64,000 nucleotides of DNA from Nitrospirota bacterium (GCA_963740085.1 CAVUCU010000003.1:96001-160000), one strand, 5' to 3'; counted from the first letter of the stretch, positions 9,060 to 19,164 are shown. Program-made: numbers and translations. The notes: generated by a model from the letters alone, not told the origin.

Positions 9060-10652
9060 TTAGGGAAGTGCTGCCAGAAAATTCGCAAAATCCTGCACGG
9101 TAGTTCCTGATGGCGGTGTAAACATACCGGTGATCGACGACACCCAGGCAGACGCGCTTCTCCCGCTGACTGAGTGTCCGCCTGACTTGAGCACGGTCGT
9201 ATTCACGGTAAGACCGTGACACTGTGTGCATGTCGTTGTCACCTGGGCCAGCGTGAGCGTCGAAGTCGGCGGGACATAAGTGCAGGACTGCGAAAGAACA
9301 GGTGCTCCTCCGCCGCATCCTGCCGGAGACGATGATGCTACTGTCCTGGACTGCGTACTGTTGGACTGGCAAGCTCCCCAGGCAGAGTACGTGAAGGACG
9401 TGCAGGTCGTGGTCGGCGGCACATAGGTGCAGGACTGAGAAAGAACGGGTGTTCCTCCGGTGCAGCCGGAAGGAGACGATGTTGCAACGGTTCTGGTCTG
9501 CGTGCTGTCAGACTGGCAAGCCCCCCAGGCAGAGTAGGTGAAGGAGGCGCAGGCCGTGGCCGTGACCGGCTGTGCTGCCAGGAAATTCGCATAATCCTGG
9601 GCGTTAACGCCGGCAGGCGTCAATGAGGCCCCCAGGCCGATCATAGTGTTGACCGTCGTCAGCCAATCAGTTGCAGTTCTTCCGCTGATCGAGTACCCGC
9701 CGCTCTTGAATACAGTGCTGTTCGAGGTGAGCCCGTGGCACCCTGTGCACGACGAGGTCACATTCGCCGCGGTAATCGTCGTGACCGGCGGCGGTACAGA
9801 GGTGCAGGACTGGGAAAGAACAGGGGTTCCCGTGCAGCCGGAAGGAGACGACGTCGCTACGGTTCTGGTCTGCGTGTTGTCAGACTGGCACGCACCCCAC
9901 GGATTGTACAGGTAGGTGCAGGTCGTTGGCGTGGAGCCGGGTGCGGAAGGCATGTTTTCCGGGTGGAAGGTTCCGGAATCGATATTATCTAAAGGCCCTG
10001 AAAAGATCACGCCGCCGGTCTGCCTGTTCGTAACGGTTACCGTCCCTGAGTTGACCATGATCTCCACGTCGCGGAACATTGCCTGAAGTCCAGTGTTATC
10101 GTCGACATTCTCGTCGGTGATCGGGTCACCAGAAGCTGGATACAGGGCAAACAGAGGCGCCAGCACCATTTTCAGGCTGTTGATGACCGATTCAAAATTG
10201 TCCGCCGTTTTTCGATACATATCCGGATCAGGTCTCACAAAAAGCTCATCCGGATCGGTGCCGTTCACCGCGCAGGCGACTGCTGTATCCGAGATCGGGT
10301 TGATGTTGGTACTTCCGCCGTTCCTCGAAACAGAATACATCCGGATGTTTTCTGGATTATACGTCGGTTCAGCCCTCAGAATATAAGGTGGCTTTAACCC
10401 GCTGACGTCGACAGTGTAAGATCCGTTCTCGATCGCAACAATCTTTTCCTGAGCCGGCTCAGAAGAATCTATTGCGGAAACATATCCGGAGGTCGTCGTG
10501 CCGAGTGAAGCAACACCGTACAGCACGGCCGTTGATTGTGATTGATTAGGCGTGGTCGATGAATCCGACGAACCGGATGAACCGCAGCCGTTCAGCGCGA
10601 GGCCCAGTATAACTGAGCATAACAAGAGTATCGTGGTAGCGTTCTTTTTCAT
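9060..10652 (-). CDS. di-heme c-type cytochrome lipoprotein with three TSP1-like Cys/Trp repeats
   Basis: Lipobox LNGC; CTGCH and CTQCH; three repeats of C..Y..WGACQS..TQ.RTVA.SSP.GC.G..PVLSQSC. Confidence 0.8.
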   Translation of the reverse strand: MKKNATTILLLCSVILGLALNGCGSSGSSDSSTTPNQSQSTAVLYGVASLGTTTSGYVSAIDSSEPAQEKIVAIENGSYTVDVSGLKPPYILRAEPTYNPENIRMYSVSRNGGSTNINPISDTAVACAVNGTDPDELFVRPDPDMYRKTADNFESVINSLKMVLAPLFALYPASGDPITDENVDDNTGLQAMFRDVEIMVNSGTVTVTNRQTGGVIFSGPLDNIDSGTFHPENMPSAPGSTPTTCTYLYNPWGACQSDNTQTRTVATSSPSGCTGTPVLSQSCTSVPPPVTTITAANVTSSCTGCHGLTSNSTVFKSGGYSISGRTATDWLTTVNTMIGLGASLTPAGVNAQDYANFLAAQPVTATACASFTYSAWGACQSDSTQTRTVATSSPSGCTGGTPVLSQSCTYVPPTTTCTSFTYSAWGACQSNSTQSRTVASSSPAGCGGGAPVLSQSCTYVPPTSTLTLAQVTTTCTQCHGLTVNTTVLKSGGHSVSGRSASAWVSSITGMFTPPSGTTVQDFANFLAALP

Positions 10653-10730
10653 GTTTAGATCTCCTTTAGATAGATATAGCTGATGTATTTGGCGAGAAAT
10701 TGATTTTCAATAACAAATCGCTCTTTATAG

Positions 10731-10746
10731 AGCAAGTATGATGCCA
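10731..10746 (-). promoter_or_regulatory. sigma54 -24/-12 promoter
   Basis: TGGCATCATACTTGCT (GG-N10-GC) about 80 bp upstream of the cytochrome ATG. Confidence 0.75.
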
Positions 10747-11140
10747 TACTTGCGGCGTTTGGCGAAGGTTCTGATTGTAAAGGATATTATACGCAAAGAT
10801 GCTCAATCGAATGTTCACAGAGGCAGAAAAAGTGAAGGAATTTCCCTTCGGTCGGTACGAAATTAATTACTCGAAAAGACACTATTGATGTTAATATTCA
10901 ATTGGTTAACTAATTGAAGGGATTTTCATGCGGTCGGTGAAATGATATACAAGTTCCATCTCGAAGTGCCGTTTGAGGCGCACTTCGAGTACTAGCGATA
11001 TCTGCAATCGCCAGCGGGGCGAACCCTTGAGGATATCAACGAATATTATGGATTATGTGACGGCTTAATGCTGACAAGTGCAGTTTGTTACCTGATAAGT
11101 TTTTAAGAGCGGTAACACGAGTGAATACAGGGAGTAGTTA

Positions 11141-12478
11141 TTACTTCCCTCCAATTGACAATTCCTTCACCCGGAGCGAAGGGCTGCCGATCCGGCCGGA
11201 AAAGCGGAGGTCTCTGCCGACTGCGTCCACATTCTTCATAAGATCCAGGATATTCCCCGCGATCGTGATCTCGCGAACAGGATACACTTTTTTACCCTGC
11301 TCGATCCAGAACCCGGTTGCGCCCACGGAGAAATCGCCGGATATATGGTTCGCGGTATGCGCTCCCATTACCTCGGTAACGTAGAGTCCGCTGCTCGTCC
11401 CGCTGATCAGTTCCTCAAGCGAGTAGTTCCCCGGTTCGATATACAGGTTCGTCACGCCCACTCCGGGAATGCCCTTGAACCCGCCGCGCATGCCATTTCC
11501 GGTCGACACCGTCTTGTCCTTGTTCGCTGTATAGGTATTGTACAGGAACAGCGCAAGCCTGCCCTTGTCAATGACCGTCTTCTTTTTCGTCGGCACGGTC
11601 TCGTCGTCCGAGGGTGCGCTGCCGAGCCCTTCCTCAAGCAAACCATCGTCATACACCGTGATGAGCGGCGCCGTCACTTCCATGCCGAGTTTGCCCATAA
11701 AGAGCGACCGTTTTTTTTGCACGCCCTCGGCGGAGAAACCGGAAGCCAGGATCGATAAAAAGTCTCCTGCCACTTCGGCATCTAGGACCACCGGCGCTTT
11801 CACCGAATCAATATGCCTGGCGCCGAGAAGGTCGAGCGCCTTTTGTGCCGCCCGGTGCGCGACTTCCTCGATCATCAGTTTGCGATAAAACCTCTTCACG
11901 TCGAAATCAGATCCTGCCTGCGATTCACCCTTGTCCTCGGCAACAACCTCGATGCTCGACGATGCCCCGGTGCCGCGGTACGAGACCTCGGCGCCATGGG
12001 TGTTCATGATCATGGTCTCGGACTCCGAGAAGCTCGCAGAGGCCTTTCTGATGCGCTTGATCCGCGGGTCCACGCCAAAGGCCTCGCGTTCCATGGCCAT
12101 GATGCGTTCGATCTTCTCCTTCTCGCTCAGGGCGACCAGTTCGGGGTCATACATCGTTATCGATCGATAGGCAACGGCAGGCCTTTCCGGGATCGAATGG
12201 AACGGATCGGGCTCGATGTTCCGCGCGTTCGTTATTGCCGATCGTGTCAGGGTTTTGAGGGCATTCTCCGAGAGGTCGGTGGTAAAAGCGAATCCCATCC
12301 TTCCGTTGACAAGGACCCGGAGACCCCCGCCGATGTCTTTGGCGCGGTCAAAAGCGTCGACCTTTTGTTCCTTGACCTCTATGCTGGTGGATGCCGAGGA
12401 GCGGAGAAAGACCTCGGCAGCGTCTGCCTTGAGGTCTTTTGAGAGGGAGAGGATTTTTTCAGCGATGTGCTTATTCAT
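11141..12478 (-). CDS. pmbA: TldD/PmbA family protein (PmbA/TldE type)
   Basis: G.GLRVLVNGRMGFA, STGNGMR, SGDFSVGATGF and REITIAGN; no HExxH motif. Confidence 0.85.
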   Translation of the reverse strand: MNKHIAEKILSLSKDLKADAAEVFLRSSASTSIEVKEQKVDAFDRAKDIGGGLRVLVNGRMGFAFTTDLSENALKTLTRSAITNARNIEPDPFHSIPERPAVAYRSITMYDPELVALSEKEKIERIMAMEREAFGVDPRIKRIRKASASFSESETMIMNTHGAEVSYRGTGASSSIEVVAEDKGESQAGSDFDVKRFYRKLMIEEVAHRAAQKALDLLGARHIDSVKAPVVLDAEVAGDFLSILASGFSAEGVQKKRSLFMGKLGMEVTAPLITVYDDGLLEEGLGSAPSDDETVPTKKKTVIDKGRLALFLYNTYTANKDKTVSTGNGMRGGFKGIPGVGVTNLYIEPGNYSLEELISGTSSGLYVTEVMGAHTANHISGDFSVGATGFWIEQGKKVYPVREITIAGNILDLMKNVDAVGRDLRFSGRIGSPSLRVKELSIGGK

Positions 12479-12498
12479 GATTTATGTAAAAAATCCAT

Positions 12499-12585
12499 AC
12501 CGCAAAGGCGCGAAGAGCGCGAAGGATTACATTCATTTTACACCCGGTCACTTGCATTTCTTCGTGACCTTGGCGACTTCGCGGT
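12499..12585. repeat. 9-mer-periodic imperfect palindrome
   Basis: ACCGCAAAGG CGCGAAGAG CGCGAAGGA ... TTCTTCGTG ACCTTGGCG ACTTCGCGGT. Confidence 0.7.
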
Positions 12586-12632
12586 TAAGAATATTCTCTC
12601 TGAATGCTCTGTGCCAGGGGTAAAAAAGGTTT

Positions 12633-13001
12633 TTAATCGAAATAGCTCGCCGAGGCCGTGTCCGATTCCCACACGGTAACGCTGGCGACCTCGATGTTCT
12701 CGTTATTGATCTTCTTGGTCATCGTGTCGTAGATCCACTTGGCCAGGTTCTCGGACGAGGGGTTGATCTGGGTGAACGGGAAAATATCGTTCAGGAAGGT
12801 GTGCTCGAGCTGGTCCAGAACATCGCGGAGGGCCTTTTTGAGGTCGTGAAAGTCCATGGCCAGACCGATATCGTCCAGTCGCTCCGCGGTCACGGCAATG
12901 GTCACGCGCCAGTTGTGGCCGTGGAGCTTCTCGCACTTGCCCTGATAGCCCCGGAGCTGATGGGCTGCCGCGAATTTTGATTCAACCATGAGTTCATACA
13001 T
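12633..13001 (-). CDS. queD: 6-carboxy-5,6,7,8-tetrahydropterin synthase
   Basis: FAAAH.L..Y.GKCEKLHGHNW, PSSENLA and WES motifs. Confidence 0.95.
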   Translation of the reverse strand: MYELMVESKFAAAHQLRGYQGKCEKLHGHNWRVTIAVTAERLDDIGLAMDFHDLKKALRDVLDQLEHTFLNDIFPFTQINPSSENLAKWIYDTMTKKINNENIEVASVTVWESDTASASYFD

Positions 13002-13162
13002 AAGAAAGGATAATATGGCATGCGCCGGGAAAAGTCAATAAGGAATAAATACTGCGGGGGTGAGAACAAAGGCCAAGATCATATCAAGGACACATCCGTT
13101 CGCAAGCAGAGAGAAATAAAATTTTCTTGCAATCGCCCGCGATTTCAGCTATGCTTTTTCCA

Positions 13163-13642
13163 ATGGAAGCAACGAAGGAAGAGTCAAGGCAAGCCATCGA
13201 ACCGCATTTCCTCTCGCAGGCCCAAGCAAGCGGCATCAAACTCCATATCGGTCAGATGAACAAAGCCGAACATGAAGGCATCATCCATGACATCGGCCGC
13301 TACGAGATCAACCTTGAGGAAAACGGCAAGATCGTCACGGTCCTGAAGCAGGAGATGTCCTATCTCACCGCGCCCCATCCCGTCATCATTGTTCCCGAGC
13401 CGCAGCAAACATACGGCACGGCCGACCAGGGCCTCGCGGCGCCCTCGCCCGGCAGACCGAATATTCAGCAGGAATTCCTCGACAAGGCCATCAAGGAGAA
13501 CCAGCTTCTCACGCTGTACCTGATCAACGGACAGCGCGTCAGGGCCCATATCGAGGCCTATGACAACTTCACCATCCTGCTCAAAGAGGACGGCAAACAG
13601 CACCTCTATTACAAACACTCGATAGCCACGATCAATCGTTAG
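13163..13642 (+). CDS. hfq: Hfq-like protein with an extra N-terminal, possibly Sm-like domain (start uncertain, 13127-13163)
   Basis: C-terminal IQQEFL..YLING..I..YDNFTILL..QHLYYKHSIATI. Confidence 0.8.
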   Translation: MEATKEESRQAIEPHFLSQAQASGIKLHIGQMNKAEHEGIIHDIGRYEINLEENGKIVTVLKQEMSYLTAPHPVIIVPEPQQTYGTADQGLAAPSPGRPNIQQEFLDKAIKENQLLTLYLINGQRVRAHIEAYDNFTILLKEDGKQHLYYKHSIATINR

Positions 13643-13653
13643 AGGTATTACCC

Positions 13654-14046
13654 ATGGAAACAAATCTCCTCGATAGAATGCTGGACACCTACCTGACAGG
13701 GCGGACCTCCGTGACCGTTACCCTTCGGAACAAGATCCGCGTTTCCGGAAGGATCAAGGCCTTTGACAGCTATGTCATCATCATGGACGGCACCAAACAG
13801 GAGATACTGTTCCGCCATGCGGTCATGAGCCTTTCCTCGTTTTCACCGGAGGAGCATAAGCGCCCGCCCGCAGCAACCAGGCCCGCCCCGGCAAAAACAG
13901 TTCCCCCAAGACCCGCGAAGAGCGTCTCACGCCAACCCGGACAAGCACAGCCTCAGACGCTTCCCTCATCCGCAACCGAGAGTCTCAACAACAGCATGAA
14001 GGACGGACTGCTCAGGTGGATGCAGGAACAAAAGGCCGCGAAATAG
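13654..14046 (+). CDS. divergent Hfq-like protein with a Pro-rich tail
   Basis: VTVTLRNKIRVSGRIKAFDSYVII...ILFRHAV matches the Sm1/Sm2 pattern. Confidence 0.75.
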   Translation: METNLLDRMLDTYLTGRTSVTVTLRNKIRVSGRIKAFDSYVIIMDGTKQEILFRHAVMSLSSFSPEEHKRPPAATRPAPAKTVPPRPAKSVSRQPGQAQPQTLPSSATESLNNSMKDGLLRWMQEQKAAK

Positions 14047-14047
14047 C

Positions 14048-15583
14048 ATGAACTTCCGCTCCCTTTTGCTCGCTGCGCTCTCGGGCATCCTCCTTGCCGT
14101 TGCCTTCCCCGTGCTCAACCTCCATCTCCTTGCCTGGGTCGCCCTGCTGCCGCTGTTCCTCGCGCTCAGGGGACAGAGTGTCAGAAATGGTTTCTGGCTC
14201 GGCGGTGTGGCCGGGATCGTGTATTTTGCAGGCACCGTCTACTGGGTCACAAACTCCGTGCACTTTTACGGCGGCATTCCGATCATCCCGGCGTCACTCA
14301 TCACCCTGCTTCTGTGCGCCTATATGGCGCTCTATCCCGCGGTCTTCGGCGCCGCTGTCGTGCATATCAGGAAAAACCATCCATCGCTTTTTTTCGTCGC
14401 CGCTCCCGCCCTCTGGACAACGCTCGAGCTCGCGCGCACCTACGCGTTCAGCGGATTCCCCTGGTCACTGCTCGGCTACTCGCAATATCTCGCCTTGCCG
14501 GTCGTCCAGATAGCGGACATCACCGGCGTGTACGGCGTCTCATTCCTGATCGTTCTGGTGAATGCCGCCCTGGCCGAGTTCATCAGAGACAGAAAGAACT
14601 ATCCGGGTCTTCTCGTCGCCCTGGCCGTCATGCTTTTCGTGCTTGGCTATGGCTACATGAAATTGCGGCTCCCGGAGCAGGGGGCCGGCATAAAGGTATC
14701 CGTTGCGCAGGGAAATATCGAGCAGGACAAAAAGTGGGACCCAGCCTTCCAGGAGGAAACACTGGCGATATACAGGCGGCTCACCCGGGAGGCGCTCAAG
14801 GAGCATCCGGACCTCGTGATCTGGCCGGAAACCGCCGTGCCGTTCTACTTCGGCGGAGTGGCCCCGACGGACCAGGCCTTGACCGCCGACCTCGGTGCCT
14901 TCGTGAAACAGAGCAGGGTCCCGCTTCTCTTCGGAAGCGCGACCTATGAAGTGAAGCCGAACAGACAGATCATCGGCCGGAACTCCGCGTTCCTGCTTTC
15001 CGCGGACGGACAGGTCGAGGCAACCTACCATAAGCTCCACCTCGTACCCTTCGGCGAGTACGTACCGCTCAAAAAAGTCCTTTTCTTTGTGGAAAAGATG
15101 GTGCAGGCGATCGGAGACTTTCAGGCCGGGGACGACTATGTTGTTATGCGGGTACCTTACGGGCGCACGGAGACGAAGTTGAGCGTCGTTATCTGCTATG
15201 AGATCATCTTCCCGGACCTGGTCAGGAGGTTTGTGGACAAAGGGGCGAACGTCATAACGACGATCACGAACGACGCGTGGTTCGGGAAGACGGCGGCGCC
15301 GTACCAGCACTTTTCCATGGCGGTCCTTCGTGCTGTTGAAAATCGTGTGCCGGTCGCGCGCGCGGCCAACACCGGCATCTCGGGCTTCATCGACGCGCAA
15401 GGACACATCCTGGCTGAATCGGAGATCTTCATCCAGACGCAGCTGACCCACACCCTTGTCCCGGGAACTGAAAAAACCTTTTACACCCGTCACGGCGACG
15501 TTTTCTCCTACCTCTGCGTGCTCGCGAGCTTGATCCTGCTTTCGTGGGCCCCAAAAAAGAAACCTGGATCAAAACCCGCATAG
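14048..15583 (+). CDS. lnt: apolipoprotein N-acyltransferase
   Basis: GFPW, QGNI, WPETA, KLHLVPFGEYVP, ICYE, NDAWFG and ANTGIS motifs. Confidence 0.95.
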   Translation: MNFRSLLLAALSGILLAVAFPVLNLHLLAWVALLPLFLALRGQSVRNGFWLGGVAGIVYFAGTVYWVTNSVHFYGGIPIIPASLITLLLCAYMALYPAVFGAAVVHIRKNHPSLFFVAAPALWTTLELARTYAFSGFPWSLLGYSQYLALPVVQIADITGVYGVSFLIVLVNAALAEFIRDRKNYPGLLVALAVMLFVLGYGYMKLRLPEQGAGIKVSVAQGNIEQDKKWDPAFQEETLAIYRRLTREALKEHPDLVIWPETAVPFYFGGVAPTDQALTADLGAFVKQSRVPLLFGSATYEVKPNRQIIGRNSAFLLSADGQVEATYHKLHLVPFGEYVPLKKVLFFVEKMVQAIGDFQAGDDYVVMRVPYGRTETKLSVVICYEIIFPDLVRRFVDKGANVITTITNDAWFGKTAAPYQHFSMAVLRAVENRVPVARAANTGISGFIDAQGHILAESEIFIQTQLTHTLVPGTEKTFYTRHGDVFSYLCVLASLILLSWAPKKKPGSKPA

Positions 15584-15617
15584 ACACAGAGACACGAAGA
15601 GCTGCCGCCGTGAATCA

Positions 15618-15805
15618 ATTCCGATGAACTCGTAATAAGTAAATAAATATCCAATGTGTCCTTCTGAGCGAAGCGAAGAATCTTGTTTTCCAATCGATCC
15701 TTCACGGAGCCTGTCCGAACAAGCGAGACCCTTCGCGTTGCTCAGGGTGACTGTTCCGAAGGATTCAGGGCGACACTTTCTAACTTTTTTACGAAACCAT
15801 CAATT
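15618..15805. mobile_element. nested MITE/REP-like element
   Basis: Outer inverted ends GATGAACTCGTAATAAGT / ACTTTTTTACGAAACCATC. Inner REP-like hairpin GTCCTTCTGAGCGAAGCGAAGAATCT...TTCAGGGCGAC encloses a further arm. Confidence 0.65.
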
Positions 15806-15823
15806 CTGGCTCAACCTTGTGCC

Positions 15824-16582
15824 TTAGTGACCGAGGGGTAAAACTTTCTTGAGGAACTCAGTTGACTTGAGCCGTTTGCCGAGGATGTGGAAGGAGTGCG
15901 CGGAGAATACCAGGTCGAGCTCCTGCATGATCGAGGGAGAGGGCTTGAGTCTGCAGACCTTGTGCATGTCCATCCTGAGCACGTGGTAGTAGAACCCCAC
16001 CGCTCCCTGGGAGAGCCGTATCCGGGGTTCGCCGGAAGAGACCATGCAATCCGGGCAGAGCATGCCGCCCTTCATGCCGAGGAAGATGATGTCCCCTTTC
16101 GGCTGGATGCCGCAGGAAAGACAGTGGTCCAGTTTGGGCTGGTAACCCAGCAGCGACAGGAACTTGATCTCGAATATCCTGAGCAGAAAAAGCGGTTCCT
16201 CACCCTCGTCGAGAAGATGGAGGACATGAGAAAGGAGCAAAAAGGCCGGCGCATTGCGCTCGCCGAGCGGCGCCATCTCCCGCACCAGTTCGAGCATCAC
16301 CGCGCCGACGGCGGAGCGGCCCAGATCGGAGCCGATGGATGAGTGCTGTTCGATGATGTCCGTGGACTCGATCCGCGCAAGCTCCTGGTGTTCGCGCTCG
16401 AAGAGATGCAGGCGCGATATCGTAAAGGATTCGAGTCCTGCCCCGAAGCGGCGAAAGGACTTCCGCGCGTTCCTGGCAACGCCCTTCAGCATGCCGCGGT
16501 CGAGGGAAAAGAACGTGACGAGCTTGTCCGCCTCGCCCAGGTTCATGCTGCTGATGATGATCGCCTCGGTTTTGGATTTCAT
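15824..16582 (-). CDS. recO: DNA repair protein RecO
   Basis: GEADKLV..F...G...VA..ARKS, and a C-terminal CxxC...CxxC zinc finger. Confidence 0.95.
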   Translation of the reverse strand: MKSKTEAIIISSMNLGEADKLVTFFSLDRGMLKGVARNARKSFRRFGAGLESFTISRLHLFEREHQELARIESTDIIEQHSSIGSDLGRSAVGAVMLELVREMAPLGERNAPAFLLLSHVLHLLDEGEEPLFLLRIFEIKFLSLLGYQPKLDHCLSCGIQPKGDIIFLGMKGGMLCPDCMVSSGEPRIRLSQGAVGFYYHVLRMDMHKVCRLKPSPSIMQELDLVFSAHSFHILGKRLKSTEFLKKVLPLGH

Positions 16583-16750
16583 AATTCCCTGTTAGAATTC
16601 CCCGGCAGACTCAGGCTTCGGCCTGCGCATGAGCCGGGATTACACCATCAGAACGCAAACTGAAGTTTGCTGCTGTTGTGATCATGGCTCATTATACACG
16701 AGCCGACGCTCAAAAACGAGATTCTTCGCTGCACCCGGGATAACGGGAAG

Positions 16751-16770
16751 ACTTTTTACGAGACCATCAA
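16751..16770. repeat. second copy of the MITE terminal repeat, supplying the helicase stop codon
   Basis: ACTTTTTACGAGACCATCAA closely matches 15783-15803. Confidence 0.6.
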
Positions 16771-19164
16771 GCTTCTTTTCCAAAAAGCAGAGACTTCACT
16801 CAAGATGCTTTCGGAAACCAGTTCGCTGACATCGGATTCGTACCAGTCCGCGGGCATGGACCGGGAATAGGCGGGTTGAACGAACCGGTTGTCCATCAGC
16901 ACAATGAGACCCCGGTCGCTCTCGGAACGGATCACCCTTCCCGCCGACTGGATCGCCTTGGCCATCGCGGGTATCGCATAGGCATAGTCGAATCCCGCAT
17001 GATATTGCTTCTGATAATACTCCCTCATCAGCTCGCGCTCAAGATCGAAATTCGGCAGCGGCGGGCCGACCACGAACGCGCCGACCGCCATCTCGCCAGG
17101 ATAGTCGGCCCCTTCCGAGAATATTCCGCCCTGTACGGCGAAGAGGATCGTGGGAGAAGACCCTTCCCGGAGTCGCTCCATGAACTCCTCGATCCGGTCC
17201 GCTTTCATGTCCCGCTCCTGCCTGAGAACAACAAACCCTTCCGGTAGTTGGAAAAGGGCGAGCGCTCGTTCAAGGAATTCGAAGCTCGGGAAGAATGCGA
17301 AATAATTTCCGGGACGCAGGGCCGATAACCGCGCTATGACGTCCGCTATCTTCGCATAATTGCGCTCGCGGTCCGAATACTTGGTCGAGATCTGGGGGAT
17401 GATCAGGATCTTGCGATGTCCACCGGGGAAAGGGCTTTGAAATTCGGCTGTCTTCACGGTCACGGGATCGATGCCGGAGAGCCTGGTGTAGTAATCGAAA
17501 GGCTTCAACGTTGCAGAGAACCCGACAACCTGCTCATATTCATCATAGCAATCCCTGAGCATGGCGGAGGCGTCGCAGCAGGTGATCTTGACGATGCCTT
17601 CACCGGGATGGGGAGTGAAGGTCGTGAAGAATTCCTCTCTTGCCGGATCACCAGCGTACTCGAGCGCCTCGGCGAATGCTGACCAGTAAAAGCAGAGCCT
17701 CATGATAACGTCCCGGCGTTGGAGATCAAGGTCGGAATCAAGATAACGCGAAAGGAAGACTCTGAGCTCAGCATCCAGCTCGAGGAACGAATCAATGGGG
17801 GGGTCGATCTTCGATGGTCTCATACTTTGTTCATGCCTGCATGAGGCGACCACCTGAACGCATGAATCAAGAAGTTCCTCGGCCTCCTCCCTGAAGCGGG
17901 AAGGAACGTGCTGGATCTCGCCCCTCATGGATTCGAGTGCTGTGCTGGAGATCGAGGGAGAATAGTAATCCATGGCGCGCGAGGGAAGATTATGGGCCTC
18001 GTCGATCACGAGGTTCGGTTTCCCTGTTTGATCGATAGCGATCGTCTCCCTGTGACCGAAGGCCGAACGCGGGGCAAAAACATAGTTGTAATCGCAGATC
18101 ACGATGTCGGCTTCCCCTGCCGCGTCAAACTGCAGCTCAAAAGGACAAACTTCATGGTTCTTTCCGAGATCGCGGAACGTTCGTGCCTTGAGCTTCCTCT
18201 TCTTCGAGAGAATGTCGATAAGTCCGTGTTCAGCTACCTTTGCGTAATAGTCCCTGGCATATTCGCAGAAGGCCGGATCGCAAAGCGGCTCGTTCTGAAA
18301 GCAGATCTTGCCTTTCGCCGTGACGGTGAGTGACTTGATCTTTGCACCCGCGTCCTGAAAACGCATGACCGCGTCCTCGGCAACCAGGTGCTGGCTGTTC
18401 TTTGGCGTGACGTAGACCACCCTCTGGCCGCGGCCCAGTGCCTCTCTGAGAACCGGATAGAGAACGCCGACGGTCTTCCCGAGCCCGGTGGGCGCCTGGA
18501 TCAGCATCGGCCTCCGCTCCTGCATTCCCTGCTCGATCTTCTGCATGAGCTCGATCTGCCCGGAACGGGGCGTCTCGTAAGGGAACGCGAAATGTGCAGC
18601 AACCTTCCTCCGGCGGAGTGCGCGCTTCTCGGCCTTTCTGGCCTCTCCCACGAGTTCGTCCAGACGCCGGTCCAGCCATTTTTCGTAAGCAGGAAGATCG
18701 AGCGTGATGTCGAGGTCCAGTGAATCCCTGTTGCGGGTCGAGACGAGATGAAAGGACAACGCGGGGACAGCCTTGTGCTCGAGCCAGGTGAAGTAACCGT
18801 AGGTGGCGAGTTGAAGACCATAGGGATGGTCAAGGGCGGTGCCGGCGAGACTGTGTGCAAGTTCCCGGATATTGAAGCCGGTCTTGATCTCTTCGATCCT
18901 GGGAGGATCGTTCCTGAAGATCCCGTCCATCCGTCCGTCGATCCGGAACCGGTATTCCTCTCTTTTGAATTCGCGACTGATCGCGACTTCGGCTTCGTAG
19001 GAGGGGTCGGACTTTGCCCTCTTCCGCTGCACGCGGACATGTATCTCGTGCCCCTCTGCGGCCGCCCGTCCATAACCGGAATGGGCCTCAATGCTCCCGA
19101 TCCTCGGAACCGGCACCGCGAAATCGCGGACCGCGACAGGGATAAGCTTTAATTCAACATTCAT
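16756..19164 (-). CDS. DinG/XPD-family Fe-S helicase with N-terminal PD-(D/E)XK (Cas4-like) nuclease domain
   Basis: GRMDG...EEIKT; QAPTGLGKT; DEAHN; FFPS; QSAGRVIR; Cys cluster. Confidence 0.85.
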   Translation of the reverse strand: MNVELKLIPVAVRDFAVPVPRIGSIEAHSGYGRAAAEGHEIHVRVQRKRAKSDPSYEAEVAISREFKREEYRFRIDGRMDGIFRNDPPRIEEIKTGFNIRELAHSLAGTALDHPYGLQLATYGYFTWLEHKAVPALSFHLVSTRNRDSLDLDITLDLPAYEKWLDRRLDELVGEARKAEKRALRRRKVAAHFAFPYETPRSGQIELMQKIEQGMQERRPMLIQAPTGLGKTVGVLYPVLREALGRGQRVVYVTPKNSQHLVAEDAVMRFQDAGAKIKSLTVTAKGKICFQNEPLCDPAFCEYARDYYAKVAEHGLIDILSKKRKLKARTFRDLGKNHEVCPFELQFDAAGEADIVICDYNYVFAPRSAFGHRETIAIDQTGKPNLVIDEAHNLPSRAMDYYSPSISSTALESMRGEIQHVPSRFREEAEELLDSCVQVVASCRHEQSMRPSKIDPPIDSFLELDAELRVFLSRYLDSDLDLQRRDVIMRLCFYWSAFAEALEYAGDPAREEFFTTFTPHPGEGIVKITCCDASAMLRDCYDEYEQVVGFSATLKPFDYYTRLSGIDPVTVKTAEFQSPFPGGHRKILIIPQISTKYSDRERNYAKIADVIARLSALRPGNYFAFFPSFEFLERALALFQLPEGFVVLRQERDMKADRIEEFMERLREGSSPTILFAVQGGIFSEGADYPGEMAVGAFVVGPPLPNFDLERELMREYYQKQYHAGFDYAYAIPAMAKAIQSAGRVIRSESDRGLIVLMDNRFVQPAYSRSMPADWYESDVSELVSESILSEVSAFWKRSLMVS

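Noticed and set aside
10960-10989. Hairpin CTCGAAGTGC...GCACTTCGAG in the 10.7-11.1 kb spacer as an ncRNA
   Set aside because: A single stem with no other support; it could be a terminator or protein-binding site.
16756-19164. Cas4-like domain plus DinG as a type IV CRISPR or defence system
   Set aside because: No csf genes or array nearby; nuclease-DinG fusions are common stand-alone repair genes, and this one sits in the era-recO region.
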